Assembly (NCBI GenBank): GCA_963693365.1
Contig: CAVNZM010000006.1
Coordinates: 5,683,264 to 5,747,263, forward strand
From: Amoebidium appalachense
Lineage: Eukaryota > Protista > Ichthyosporea
Direction of reading: 5' to 3'
DNA length: 64,000 nt
Under the pieces are notes generated by a model that did not search any database, was not told where the DNA came from, and saw nothing but the letters and a program-made list of their open reading frames with translations. Shown one piece after another: positions 32,196 to 45,780 of this stretch; position 1 is the first letter of the stretch; each line of letters opens with the position of its first letter. A program made the position numbers and the translations under genes.

Positions 32196-32689
32196 TCCCC
32201 CGTGCGCGCGACAGACACAGAAGAAAAGACACACACACACGTGCACGCGTATGCATGCATACACACTTGCGCATGTACGTCTGGCATGCCACACTGCTCT
32301 AATGCAACATACATACGTTCACACGGACCCAAACAGACGCAGGAAGACTAGATAACAAGCTGTGGATATTTTGTGTGTTTTTGTATTGTTCACTCTACTT
32401 GCCCACTGTTTCTAATACTCCTTCCCCTTTTCACAGAGACCAACACCCCAACCCATCACTTGTTCAGGCAGAAGAAATGGCCGGAGCTGTGGTAACAAAA
32501 GCGCAAGAAATCCAAGGCAGGCAGAAACTCCTAGCAAACATCGTACCCGAAGAAACACCAAAACCACCAGAGGAAACACAGCAGGCGGCGGAATTACTTT
32601 CAAGTCTCAGGCAGAAGGGGGACGGTATGAGGGCGAACCTGGCTAAACTGCAGACCAATTGCAAGGCTGCGTTAAAAGCTTTTGCGTAA
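30239..32689 (+). CDS. 118-aa helical/coiled-coil protein, weak resemblance to Mediator subunit MED11
   Basis: Exons 30239-30342 (CT|gtaagt) and 32437-32689 (tcacag|A) join in frame: MGDIEAARVTEEQLKEFVSLVDELERRINAFYDYLDQHPNPSLVQAEEMAG...MRANLAKLQTNCKAALKAFA. Gene model is well supported; identity is tentative. Confidence 0.65.
30423..30577 (+). mobile_element. 5'-truncated copy (155 bp) of the Penelope-like element, in an intron, between poly(C) tracts
   Basis: Near-identical to the element 3' end (reverse complement of ~56580-56733); ends GACGCATTCAAAA followed by a C run. Confidence 0.9.
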
Positions 32690-33700
32690 ATATCATGCTA
32701 TCAATAAGGGTGCAACAAGAGGTCTTTGAATGTTGTAATGGTGGGGCAGAGTGGTGGCACCCGGGGGGGGGGGGGGGGGGGGATTTGGCCTTCCCCATAC
32801 GGGTTTTCATGTTTCACTTCTGGGATTTCTTGTTTCGAATGAGATTTTAAGTACCGTTCTTGGTTTATGCCTGTTGAACCAGTTATGGTAGTAAGTAGTT
32901 TAAACTGTTAGTGTGCTATTACGAAAGTTTGTTCGAGAGGCATGTCGTTTGAATGGTTTTGTGTTTTCCGTTTCGGGTGTGTGTGCCACTTCAAATCTCA
33001 AGGGAGATAGATGAAACAGTGCACAATTGATATTCCATTTTGCCATGGTCTCAATTGTACATATGACTGCCTAAGGCTTGGGGCCGCAGCAGGTACGGTT
33101 TTAAAGTCATGCGCACAAACTTGCTGTAACCCAATTATTATATAAACTGTGTTGCATAAGTAGGACCGTCTAATTTTTGGCATATTTTAACTTGTAAATG
33201 GTTACAGCTCATGTTTTTTGAGAAACCTCTCTGCCCCGCCCGGCGCGGCATTTAATTTCGTGCAGGCAATGCCATGGTGTCATGGTAGTGCTAAGTTCTT
33301 TTAAATTTATGTTCAATTCTCGAAAGCTTGCAACTGACTTGATGATTTTCGAATTCAATATACGTAAGTAAAAAATATATACAGCTGCGCAGAAAAAAAG
33401 TTCTGTCCATGTTTTCAGTAACGCCGGACTTATATGACCTCGATGCGATGCCGCAGTAGGCACTGGCCCCAGAGATAGGCCTCAGGACGAGCCCTGAGTT
33501 ATCCATCTGCAGCTGAGAGAATTTTCTTTGAATACTCCTTCCTTTTTTATTGTTGTATAAAATATCATAGTAGTGCCCTTTTATTCAAACTTTCTCGTCA
33601 ATATCAATTTGAACACAAGAATGATAATATGCAAGGTGATAACATGTACATGCAGGTAGTAGTACAGCCCCCCCCCCCCCCCCCCCCCCCCAACCCCCCC

Positions 33701-34040
33701 TTCCTAGAAGCCCCGTCTCCTGAGTTCCTATCTATATTTTTCTTGCTTCTGCTTACTGCTGCAACTTTAACCCCCGGCCTTTCCCACTGCCCTTGCCTGC
33801 ATAAGCAACCCTGCTCGTCTCTGATCAAGACGGGTGACCTACTCATGTTCAAGTGAAACAGTATCTGAGTTGGGTTTCGTTAACGAGGGGAATAGGTCGA
33901 AACTCGGGTACTGTGGATGACGTGGGCCCCCCCTGAGGATGGGCTCTGCTTATTATGCATACTCTTTATGTATGGCTTGCATTCTGCATCGTGTTATCCG
34001 TTTGTTCTTGTGTACTTCGTACTTTTTAACGCATTCAAAA
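33701..34040 (+). mobile_element. 5'-truncated copy (340 bp) of the Penelope-like element, between poly(C) tracts
   Basis: Near-identical to the reverse complement of ~56580-56918; same 3' end. Confidence 0.92.
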
Positions 34041-34414
34041 CCCCCCCAACCCCCCCCCCCTTCCCCCCGCACACACATACACACATGTGCACACACACAC
34101 ACACACACAAACACACTAACACGTACACATGTACACACACACACACACACATAGACACGACGACTCCTCCCATGCATATGTGCACCGGTCCACCAAAAGG
34201 CTCTGAGAAAGATAAAAAAGTACTATCCGATAGTACCTCGTCCATTGTATTTTCGCTTAGATCGATGGCCGCATTGTGTTTACCGATCATCTAGTAAACA
34301 CGCAGCACAGGCCATATCTAGCCCTTATCCCCCCCCCCCCCCCCCCCCCCCCCCATCACCTTCGATCGATATCACCACCACCACCCACACCTACATGCAC
34401 CCATTGAAACATTG

Positions 34415-34463
<49 letters not shown>

Positions 34464-35088
34464 GGCCACCCACCCCCCCACCCACACGTGCCATGTCACG
34501 GTCAATTTATGCGGACCACATACATACCATGTATTGACTACCTAATTAGTGTCAAGCCGTACTCCGTAGGCCTAATTTAACCTTACGTGAAGCCAACTAG
34601 TCTTGAACCAACAGCTCGTCTAGGCCCTAAATTCCCACACGGGTCAGAATCTTGAAACCCCCGACACTAATATTAATTAGCTTTCATTCAATTTGAAACA
34701 TAGCCATTAAGGTAAATGCCGTGCATTCAGAGCCCTTATATAAATGTGAAACCCCTCAAATTTTTTGTTACAACTCCAACACATTCGCCTACTTCAGCAC
34801 GCACTGCATATCACCCCTGATTTTCGGAAATGGTTTAGTCTATTAAAAATAATGATTTATGCATACACATGATTATGCATGTTCACGCATGTGTGCAACT
34901 ATGGTTGGGTGAAAGGTGTGGACACTAGGTGCATAAGAGTTTTGTATGCCCGCACGTGTGTATGTCTACCAGGCTTTGCACCTGTGCGTGAACACACAAA
35001 CAACCATTGGCCACGCGCAAATCAGCTGAAACAAGTTGAATCAAAAAACAAAAACCCCGAATTTTAAACCAAAAACCACATTTGCTGC

Positions 35089-35723
35089 TCAGCAGTATTT
35101 TCTCCTATCCCTCTGTCCCTGCTGTGTCGGTCTCGCATAATTCCCCCTATAATCATTCTGCCGGGAATTCAGAAACGCTTCATCCGTTCTCGAGAAATTG
35201 CGATCACGATCTCTCCTCGAATCATAATCGTGTTTATTTGCCCTTCTTGGGTCATATGGGCCAGGCAAATCGCGGTTATTGGCTCTCCTTGGGTCATAGG
35301 GGCCAGGTAAATGCCCCAAATTTGGTCCGCTCCAACCGGGCTGCCTATAATCGGATCTCCCAGAATACGATCCAAGCAAACCGTGTACCGGGTATTCTCC
35401 CAAAATGGACCGCTCTGACTCATTCCGGCTCCTCTCGAAGCTGCCGGGACTTGCATACTGGGCGGGATCATACCGGGTCCCATCGTGATCGCGATTGGAT
35501 GATTCCTGCATCCGATCACGCCAATTGCTCTGATCCGATCCATAATAGGGCCCAAGTTGTCGCGGTTTGTTATTGTTATTGTTGTTTGGACGTGGCCCGT
35601 TGAAGCCCTGGTGTTGCCTAATCCCTTGTGAACCGTTCGGCGAATTTCGGTAGGTGGAAGATTGATGCGTGTCGTGTCTGTGAAAGGAGAACAATCCCAA
35701 GTCAGTGTCCAGCTCCAAGAGGA

Positions 35724-35819
<96 letters not shown>

Positions 35820-36467
35820 TGTGCGTGTCTGTGCGTGTGTGTGTGCATACATGTGTGTATGTGTGTGAGCGTGCGCTTGTGCGTAATGATGTGTATGTGT
35901 GTGTGTGTGTTTTGGGGGGAGGTGGAATGATTGGTTTCTGTAAGGGTGGGTAGTCTGTGCTTTTACCGTGTGTGTGCACGTTGGTGTGTTTGTACCCTGC
36001 ACCTGTATGTTAGTGTGTGCGCAAGTGCCCATATTTTCTTGTGTATCTGCAGGTAAAAAATCCGCAAAATATCCAAATATATGTCATCGCGTGCTGCATT
36101 CGACCATAGGTGCACGTGTGTACTTGGCCATGCACCCAGAACAAAATATATGGGGGACAGGACCGGGGCGCCGGGGGAGGGGGGGGGGGGGGGGGGGGGA
36201 AGAATAGCAATCACCTTTGCATATTGGCCGGCCTAGTCTGCAACTCCACCCCCGCAAACGCAACATCCGTCTTGGCTACCACAGACACAAACTCTGGAAC
36301 CTGCGAGGAAAAGAAGACTTTCAGTGTGTGTGTGGCATGAAAAAAAAACATGTGTGGTAACGTAAGGCGGGAGGGGAGGGGAGGGGAGGGGAGGGGAGGG
36401 GGAGGGGAGGGGGGGGGGGGGGGGGGGGGGGGGGAAGATGACCACCCATGCTGTCGTGTGCACAAAA

Positions 36468-36506
<39 letters not shown>

Positions 36507-37200
36507 AAAAAGGAAGGGAAAAAACTTGGCACAGTGCTCCCCGTGACATAAACCTCCATCCGTGAAGCGATCGGACATCCCTCCCCCCCCCCCCCCCCCC
36601 CCCCCCCCCTCAACCACCACCACCATAACCACCCATCATCATCCCCCCCCCCCCTTCCCCTCCCCCCTCCCACCCCAAAACGAAAAATCATCAAACAAAA
36701 ACCAATGAATAAGCGAACGAAAAAAAAAACATGCACACAGTACTCACCGTGTCGTATTTCAACAAATCTTCCAGTAGCTTCTGCAGCTTCCCGCCCTCTT
36801 CTAGATCCTGGTCCCCCACTACGTCTGGGGTCCATGCATGTGGGTGGATTGCATTTTGGGGGGTGAGTTCCGCCTTGTATTTGTCGTCATCGATCAGGAG
36901 GGTGTTGAAGGCATTGTAGGTGCGCCCTAGATCGGCATCGGACCAGATCTGATTGGGCCATGTGTGTGTGTGTGTGTGGGTGGGTGGGGGGGGGGGGGGG
37001 GAGGGGGAAAGGAGAGAGAGAGAGTGTGTGTGTGTGTGTGCATTTGGAAGGGGGAGGGGGGGGGGGGGGGGAGTGGGGGGAGGGGAGGGGGAAGGGAGGG
37101 TGTGTGTTCTTGTGTGTGTGTGTATGTGTGTGTGTGCGGGGGGGGGGGGGGGGGGTGGTTTCAGTTTTTGCATGGATGGTAGCGATAATGGTTGGGTTAG

Positions 37201-37253
<53 letters not shown>

Positions 37254-37710
37254 GGTGGGTGTGTGTGTGTATGTGTGTGTGTGCGCGGGTATTTGTGCAT
37301 GCGCACGTGCACAATTATGTGTCCTGTCTGAATGTCTCTGGATGTGGGCTGCATCTAGAAAACACCAGACGAAAGTCCCTTGCAGAATCACTGCCTCTAA
37401 TGGACACCCTGCCTGCCCATGCACCCGGCACACGGCAGAACTACAGAAGCAAAACCTGAACACGTGTGTGTGCTTCTGCGTGCGCGTGAGTGTACGTGTG
37501 TGCGTGTGTGTGTTTGCTCTCGCCCCCTTCCTCTCTCTCTCATTCTCTCTCCCCCCCCCCCCCCCCCCCCCCCCCCCCTCTCTGTGTGTGTCACTCCCTC
37601 TGTATGTGTGCACGCGAGTGTGTGTGTGTGTGCACGTATCTGTGTTTGTGCGCACATGAATATGTGCGCTTGCCTTAACATACAGGTGAATATGTGGCAT
37701 GAGCCCACAA

Positions 37711-37778
<68 letters not shown>

Positions 37779-38201
37779 AACTGAGCGAGCATGCATGTGC
37801 TTGCACAGACAACCCCACCTTCTTCAAGTCCTTGTGAAATATCGGGCGGTGCTTATTATCGGGGTGTCTCCTCCCCGTATTATCGCACATATTCTGGTCC
37901 CACTGAAATTTCAACCTGCTGCAGTTTGCTCCAAACACGTAGCTCACAAGTTTCTGTCGAACCACACCCCTCTATGAGAAAAACACCTGAAGGAGGCAAC
38001 CCCCCCCTCCCCCCTCCCCCCTCCCCCCCTCGCCCCCCTCCCTCCCCACCTCTCGTCCCCTAGCCAAGATTTTCTTTTCTCTCGGGGGGAACAACAAACC
38101 ATTATGGTATTGATACAACATCCCTCTATTCCCCATATTCTACATTCTCAACTCGAACAGACTTGACTGAAGAGGGGCACGTTAAATTTTATTTCTGAAC
38201 C

Positions 38202-38236
<35 letters not shown>

Positions 38237-38349
38237 GGGCGCCCCGAATACACATACCACCCCCACCACCAACGAACCCTGTCCAATGCTGCAACCTTAG
38301 TCCCCGTGAATGAACCCTATAAAGCATCTTTTTGTGTATACCTCTCACT

Positions 38350-38394
<45 letters not shown>

Positions 38395-39807
38395 TTGGTC
38401 TCCATTCGGGATAGTCGATCCTCCCAAGTCCACATTATCGATTCTCTTTCCACTCCCCCTCCCGGGCCCCGCCCCTGACACAGCCCCGCCTCTTCATTGC
38501 ACACATACTTCCCTGCCCCCTCAAACACATACACACACACACCCTCTCTCTCTCTTTCTTCCCTTTCCCCCTCTCCCCTTCCTTCCCTCCCCCCTTCGCC
38601 CACAGTAACCCATCCCTCCCTCCCTACCCAATCTTTGCCCCCCCCCCCCCCCACACACACACACCCCCCCCCCCCCCCCCCCCCCCCCTCTCACCCACAC
38701 ACACAAAACCACAGCCACACACCCGCACGCACACACATGCCTACAACCCCCCCCCCTCCCCCCCCTTTCACACACACACACACACTCTCCCCCCCCCCAA
38801 ACACACACACACCTCGACATTTTGCGCCTTTGCCGAGCTCCACACGGCCACGTCAAAGTGTTTGAAACAAAACTCGACAAAGGCCTGCTGGTGGGGTCTG
38901 TCCCAAACATAAAACGACCCAACCTTGCGGTCTGGTGGGCCCGGAACAGCCGACTGTGTGCACGAAAGGAACATCAGACGCACGGGCTATATGGAGCTCA
39001 GAAAAGATGTGTGCTGTAAACAAGCGTCGACCTTTTCTTTGTTCTTTGCTTCTTTCCTTTTCCTTTTTTCTTTCCTTTTTCGTTTTCTTATTCAGAAAAG
39101 GAGGAAGGGAGGGGGGGGGGGGGGGGGGGAGAGGGGGGTGTCTTTCTTTTTTCTTTTCAATTCTTTTCTTTTTTTCTTTTATTTGGAGGGGGGAGGCCGG
39201 GTACGGGGGGAGAGGGGGGGGGGGGGGAAGGGGATTGGGACGGGAACACAAAGACTGAGGGTGCAGACAAGACACCCATACCAGCCTCGACACAATGCTC
39301 TTTATTATCGTCATTAGCCCCTTGTCTTCCTGGATGTCGCCCATTCATTCACCCCCTCCACCCCTCACCCTCCCCTCACCCACCACCACCCCCCGGAGAC
39401 CCACCACCCACCACACACGTCCACCTACTTCTCCCCCCCGCCCTCCCCCCGGCCCTACAAAAAAACAAAAACCACTTACCATGTACACAAAACCCTACAT
39501 TTTCTCAAAGTTTATTCCTGCCAGCATTCCTTTTCATGTAATCACTTCTTTCCCCATGAGCCCGGTGGCCAATGCCCAAGTGGTACACTCTACTGTACAC
39601 ACAAACATGCCCCTCGTGCTACCACATATATAAGGGCTGGTAAAGGAGAAAAAGCAGCAGAATTCGGCTCTCCCTCCTCCACTACCCCTTTTTCCCCTAC
39701 TGCCCAAGTATCCTAGGTCCTGAAAAACAAGGTGGCGGTAAATAACCATGATAATGGCCCACCTTCCCCTTCCACATATACGCACGTGACACACACACGC
39801 AACGCAA

Positions 39808-39853
<46 letters not shown>

Positions 39854-40076
39854 ACACGCACACACACGTGCATACAGACACAGACACAGACACAGACACA
39901 GACACAGACACACCAGCCCGCTCCTTCACCTTCCACACTTTCTGCTTTCCTCCCCACAAAGCTCAATCAAGCAAACCCACCAGCTCTTTTCCCTTCCTGT
40001 CTGAGGCTCGATACAGTAGCAGCCCGTTAATGTCCAGCACAAGAAGCTTCCTTCTATCGTCAGACTTAGTCCCCAT
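35089..40076 (-). CDS. FCP1-homology (NIF/SCP, HAD superfamily) phosphatase-domain protein with a low-complexity R/G/Y/D tail, 415 aa
   Basis: Exons 39981-40076, 38813-38953, 37819-37953, 36748-36948, 36215-36300, 35089-35677. Motifs [53 protein letters not shown]. Confidence 0.88.
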
Positions 40077-41106
40077 GTTTTGTTATGAAACAACTATTAA
40101 TAGTGAATAAGTGAATAAACTAGGTGCTGTAAGTTTACTATTCTTTCTACAAGTAATTTATGCTAAAGATGTTGTCTGCTGATGCACCATACTTTCGCCG
40201 ATGAAAGCATCATGTGCTTGCGTAGACTCCCAAGTACGTGTGCAAAGTGGTACCAAAGCAACTCAACTAGTGATGCTTAACATAAACTATGCGCACGCGG
40301 TATTTGTACTTAGGTATATATACCCGTGCTTTTTCAGGTTACTTTTGTGCCTGAAATAATAGGTAGTCGATGGTAGGACAGAATTGTCGACTCGTCAGTA
40401 ACATCTAGCAGGCAAGTTAGTGAGGGGTTTTTAAGCCTGATAGGCCATAAAAGGCCGAGTATCTAAACACTGCTTCAAGCAAACTTTTTATTGCCACATG
40501 ACAGTGTGTTAACTAAAACCACAAGTTAGACAAAACACTCCGTAATTCCCCTAGGCCTGTAATCAAAGTGGGAGTGAGGGTGGTTGCCCGAGCCGCAGCG
40601 AGCGGCAGGCTCTGTCCAACGAGGCCCTAGACATTACAGAGTGATGATTCAGTGGAGCTGACCTCAAAATTTAGGGGCACGTTTTGTGATTTCAGCATTT
40701 CATCAGTCTGTCAGTTAGCTGGGTGCACCAGGCTGGCAGAGTCTGGACGCGTGCACTTCAATGTGTAAGATGTACATAGAACCCAAAACACATTATAGTG
40801 AACATGCATGCGCTGAGCTGACGGCCTGAGCATACTGTATACGTAGTCCACTGTGTTACCACATATAAATACTCCTCAATACACAAATAACAGCTACATA
40901 TAGTCATTTGCTCTAATAGTCTTACTTCCTGTACGTACACGGTGGCGGTCAAGGTACGTTCATGTTGATTGGCTAAAAAAGATTAGCCATCATCGAAATT
41001 CCCCGGTTCAAGGACAAATAGTTCTTCAAGTTGCAAGGACCAGGTAGGCCCCCGAGCCCAAGGCTACACCGGCCAGGGCTCGAAGGAGAACCCCTTTTTT
41101 TTTTTT

Positions 41107-41138
<32 letters not shown>

Positions 41139-41164
41139 GGGGAGGGGGGAGGGGGGGGGGGGGG

Positions 41165-41212
41165 GGATCATGAAGTAAATCGAGGTTGTGTGCTCCCTCT
41201 CCCTCCCTCCCT

Positions 41213-41298
<86 letters not shown>

Positions 41299-41839
41299 CC
41301 CTCCCTCCCTCTCTCTCTCTCTCTCTCCCCCCTCCCTTTCTCTCTCTCTCTCCCTGCCCCTCCCCCCCCCCCCCCCCCCCCCTCTCTCTCTCTAAATCTC
41401 TCTCCCTCTCTCTCTAGATCTCCCCCCCCCTCTCTCCCGCCCTTCCTCCCCCTCTCTCTCTCTCCTTCCCCCCCCCCCCCCCCCCCCCCCCCCCTCTCTC
41501 TCACGTGTAGCGCGCCCCAGGCCTGATCTTGATCACCCCCTAAAGGGGTAAAGGGGGGGGGTCACCGTTGTTTTGATACAAATGCCAACCGATTTATATC
41601 TCCCCCTTCGTCCTCCTCCCCTCCTTCCCCACTCCCCCCACTCCCCCCCCCCCCCCCCCCCCCCCCCCCTCTCCTCCCCCCACCCCCCTCCGGCACTTTC
41701 AAGGCTTCCTCGATTAAGTTTTTCTTTTTTTGGGGGGGGGGGGGGGGGGAGGGCGGGGGGGGGGGGGGGGGGGGGGGGAGAGGGGGGGGGAGGGGGAGAT
41801 CGTGAAGTTTGTGTGCTCCCTCCCTCTCTCTTTTTCTCT

Positions 41840-41876
<37 letters not shown>

Positions 41877-42580
41877 CTCTCTCTCTCTCTAGCCAGATCT
41901 CTCTCCTCTTTCTAGATCTTTTCCCCCTCTCTCCTGCCCTCCTGATTCCCTCCCCCTCTCTCTCTCCTCCCTCCCCCCCCCCCCCACCTCTCTCTCTCTT
42001 TCTCACTCTCTCGATCTCTCCCCACCTCTCTCTAGATCTCTCCCCCCTCTCTCCCGCCCTCCCTCCCTCTCTCTCTCTCCCCCTCCCCTCTCTCTCTCTC
42101 ACGTGTAGCGGGCCCCAGGCCTGATCTTAGTCACCCCTTAAGGGGAAAGCTTTAGGGGGGGGTCACTGTGATACAAATGCCAACCGATTTATGTCTCCCC
42201 CTTCCTCCTCCCCCTCCTTCCTCCTCCCCCTCCCTTCCCCCCCCCCCCGGGCACTTTCAAGGCTTCCTCAATTAAGTTGGGGGGGGGAGGGTTATAAAGT
42301 ATAATCGAGGTTGTGTGCTCCCTCCCCCCCCCCCCCCCCCCCTCCCTCTCTCTCTCTCTCTCTCTAGATCTCTCTCTCTCACATCTCTCTAGATCTCTCC
42401 CCCCTTTCTCTCTCCCTCCCTCTCTCTTCCCTCTCCCCCCCCCCCCCCCCCCCCCCCCCCCCTCTCTCTCACGTGTAGCACGCCCTAATCTTGATCACCT
42501 CTTAAAGAGGGCTCGAAAGGAGGGGTCACAGTGATACAAATGCCAACCAAATCTCCCCTTTCCAAGTCACCCCCCCCCTT

Positions 42581-42612
<32 letters not shown>

Positions 42613-42670
42613 CCCCACCCACCCACCCCGCACCCCCGCGGGCACTTCTGTCTTCGGAATCCTCAATTTA
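41165..42670. repeat. Three diverged tandem copies of a ~500-600 bp unit with embedded (CT)n/poly-C
   Basis: Shared anchors ttgtgtgctccc, ctctcacgtgtagc, atcttgatcacc, tgatacaaatgccaacc and ggcactt at about 41510-41720, 42100-42280 and 42470-42670. Confidence 0.85.
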
Positions 42671-43330
42671 AACTGCCTGTGTATAGCCCACGCAATTCAC
42701 ACGAATCAGTACAAACATGTTCAGTGCGGCTATGGTCCACACACATGTCAGACGGCACCGTGGCGGAAACGAATATAAATTCCCCAGGCGCAATTTGAAA
42801 GATGCATGCACGTGCATCTGTCCAGACGCATACATGCACACTGCGGGGAACGGGCCTGATAAGGATGGTAATTCCAGTAATATGGATAACAAGCTACAGC
42901 TTATATAGTGATTATCATAGCAAGTTGTAAAAGGTACGTATACATTCGGCCAACTTTTATTGCAAGACTCTTTACAACTTCAACGACATACAGTTTGAAA
43001 AGTTATTGCCATTCAAAAATAAATGATTCAAATGCACCAAAGATCATTGCTATTTTGCCCATGGTTTCGATTTCCACAAGATCTACTCGGACCAAGTGCA
43101 GTCTACATGTGTAACCGAGACTTACCCCCCCCCCCCCTCCCCCTGCAACCGTGAATCACTTTCTCCCCCCCTCCCCCCCTCCTTTTCGTTCCTCCTAAGT
43201 TCACAAGTAACCAATTGAATTGCCATTTTCTCTTATGAAAATCATCAGTGAAAGTCAATCTGCCAAACACTTTCGAAAATGGTGATAAAGTGGTAAACTA
43301 AGTAGGCTAGCAGGCTGAGCCGTGATTGTG

Positions 43331-43509
43331 CTACACGACGCCTGCCTCGTGAGCATATGCCTCCAGCTTGTCCGCCTTCTTCTGTGCCTGCGCAGCTGGG
43401 CCTGAAATATAGAAAACTTGTTACATACGAGATTAAAAAAAAAATAAAAAGATTAGTTGGGTGTGTGTTTGTGGGCACCTGAGTCAGATTTTTCTTTTTC
43501 TTTCTTTCT

Positions 43510-43544
<35 letters not shown>

Positions 43545-43551
43545 TGTGTGG

Positions 43552-43591
<40 letters not shown>

Positions 43592-43981
43592 GAATTAAAA
43601 AGTTTTGAAATCCCTGAGGCGCGAGTCCCACAAACAATACTTCAAAAGGTTTGAATCGTTGAAGTTCAAGATATGGTATGTAGTCAGGGAAAAAAAGTAA
43701 AAATGCCAACGCGTCAGAAGCATGACTTTCACATGTGGCCAAGTCGGGGGCGCAAACCTAGTCCAAAGAAAGAAAAGCTCGAAAAAACACACACACACAC
43801 CCTGGCCACACCCGCACACGAGTACACACGCGCGCGCGAGAACATGCGCACAAAAACACACACCGTGTCACATCCCCCCCCCCCCCCCCCCCCCTTTCCA
43901 CCTACCCCCTCCCCTTCTCCCCCCATTCCTCCCCTACCCAATCCCACCCTTCGGCTGCTCTCCCCCCTCCCCCCCTCTCCC

Positions 43982-44014
<33 letters not shown>

Positions 44015-44256
44015 TCCCCCGTCCTCAACTCACAGACACAACCATTACCTCCACGCAGTGTCTGCCCACCGTGCTCCTCTGCCTCCTCCCTCTGCAGTCT
44101 GCTCGCCTCCTCTTTTGCCCCCTGAACCGCCTCCAAAATTTCATCTCCCTCACGCGAAGCCGCAACGTTTTCGGTGATGTTTTTGGACACGGCGGAACCC
44201 CCTGCCCCCGTGGTGGGCTTCACGCGGGGACCGGTACCGAGAACGAGGTCACTCAT
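43331..44256 (-). CDS. SMP-domain (seed maturation/LEA-type) small hydrophilic protein, 92 aa
   Basis: Exons 44049-44256 and 43331-43401 join in frame to AKEEASRLQREEAEEHGGQTLRGGPAAQAQKKADK, which fits the SMP repeat pattern (AS.LQ..E....G...GG.AA.AQ..AD). Confidence 0.75.
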
Positions 44257-45064
44257 GTTGGCGGGTTGGAGAAAGAGAGGAGTTGAGTGAGGGAAGGGTT
44301 CAACTTGCAATGTGTTTTTTGACACAGAAGTAATAACGACACCGAATGTGTGGCAAGCGTGTTGCACGCACGTGGGACTTTGAAAGGTCTGTTTGATGTT
44401 TTGGTTTCGCAACGTTAGGTTAGACTTTTCTACTCAATTTTTGCAAATTTTTACCTGGTGATTCGAACGGCTGTGTATGGGGATCTGCTTTGTTTTGTTT
44501 TTTACTCAATGAGACTTTCCCTTTCATACCTTCGGAATGCTTTGTCAGCTTGGCCATGTGGCTCAATGCTGACGGAGGCCCCGGGTCTCCAAGCCAATCA
44601 TTGCGTATGTTCGTGAGATGAGAATTGCAGGGGAAAAAATCACCCTACAGTCACCTTGATACTGCCACTTCTTTGCCCTTCTTTCCGACCCTTTGATTTG
44701 AACCTTTTTATTTAAAGGTCTTATTCAGTACCGCCGTCTAGTGTTCTTTCCGACCATGTCTTAAAGAATTAGTTAATTAACACCGTGACAAAAAAAAAAA
44801 ATAGGAAACAGAAAAAACCAAATAAGGCTCTACAAATACTAATGCACAATATTTGTCCTTCAGGCGGGGAAAGTTTCTGTAACTGTACACGTGACACAAG
44901 TGCGATGCAAGATCCCGGGATTTTCTCAGCCATGATGTTTCATGTAGCCCCGAAAGCCTCAAGAAACACATGATAATTAATATTAAATTCGTTATTAAAT
45001 GAGCACATGTGCACGATTTCGATATCACACCGTTTGGCCACGTCACATGCGTGGCACACGATCT

Positions 45065-45095
<31 letters not shown>

Positions 45096-45150
45096 CTAGC
45101 TCCCCCCCCCCTCCCCACCAATCCATCCCCCCCCCCCCCCCCTCCCCCCC

Positions 45151-45189
<39 letters not shown>

Positions 45190-45386
45190 CCCCGCCCCGC
45201 CCCGCCCTCCCCCTCCCCCTCCCAAACACACACACGACCGTACACACCCACCCACCTATACACACACATATGGATCTCCTTCGTCAGACTCGCACAGATC
45301 TTCGACTTCGAGTGCGGTCTGAGCACGTACATCTGCTCGAGCATATAGGCCTACTAGTGAAGTCTTGCCCGAGTCTTCCCCCCAGT

Positions 45387-45453
<67 letters not shown>

Positions 45454-45639
45454 GAAGAAGAAGATGAGGAGGAAAAGAAAAGAAAGAGAAGAAAAAACAA
45501 AACACAACACGTTTTGACCTTATGATTTGTTTGACATGTGCAATATTCCTGTACTTTAAATTTTGGTTGTTTCCAAATAAAAACTATTGCACATTAATAG
45601 ACGGTGCTTATTGCCCTTGTGCAGCTGCACTGGCGCCAT

Positions 45640-45780
45640 CTGACCAAATAGCAATAGCTCAAATTCTAAAGTGGAGCGGACCCAATCAAATGGCTCTATT
45701 GTTCAAGTGGAATTGCGGATCCATTCAAATGGCTCTATATTTTTAAAGTGAAATAGCGGCTCCAATCGGCTCATTAGATT
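45640..45780. repeat. Short degenerate ~40-bp tandem repeat (x3)
   Basis: aagtgg..gcggayccawtcaaatggctctat repeated. Confidence 0.55.

Noticed and set aside
33890-33950. Possible hammerhead, HDV ribozyme or SECIS in the element 3' end (GAAAC ... CTGAGGA; ATGA)
   Set aside because: Stem II partners do not pair, the HDV P3/L3 motif is absent, and there is no SECIS GA quartet.
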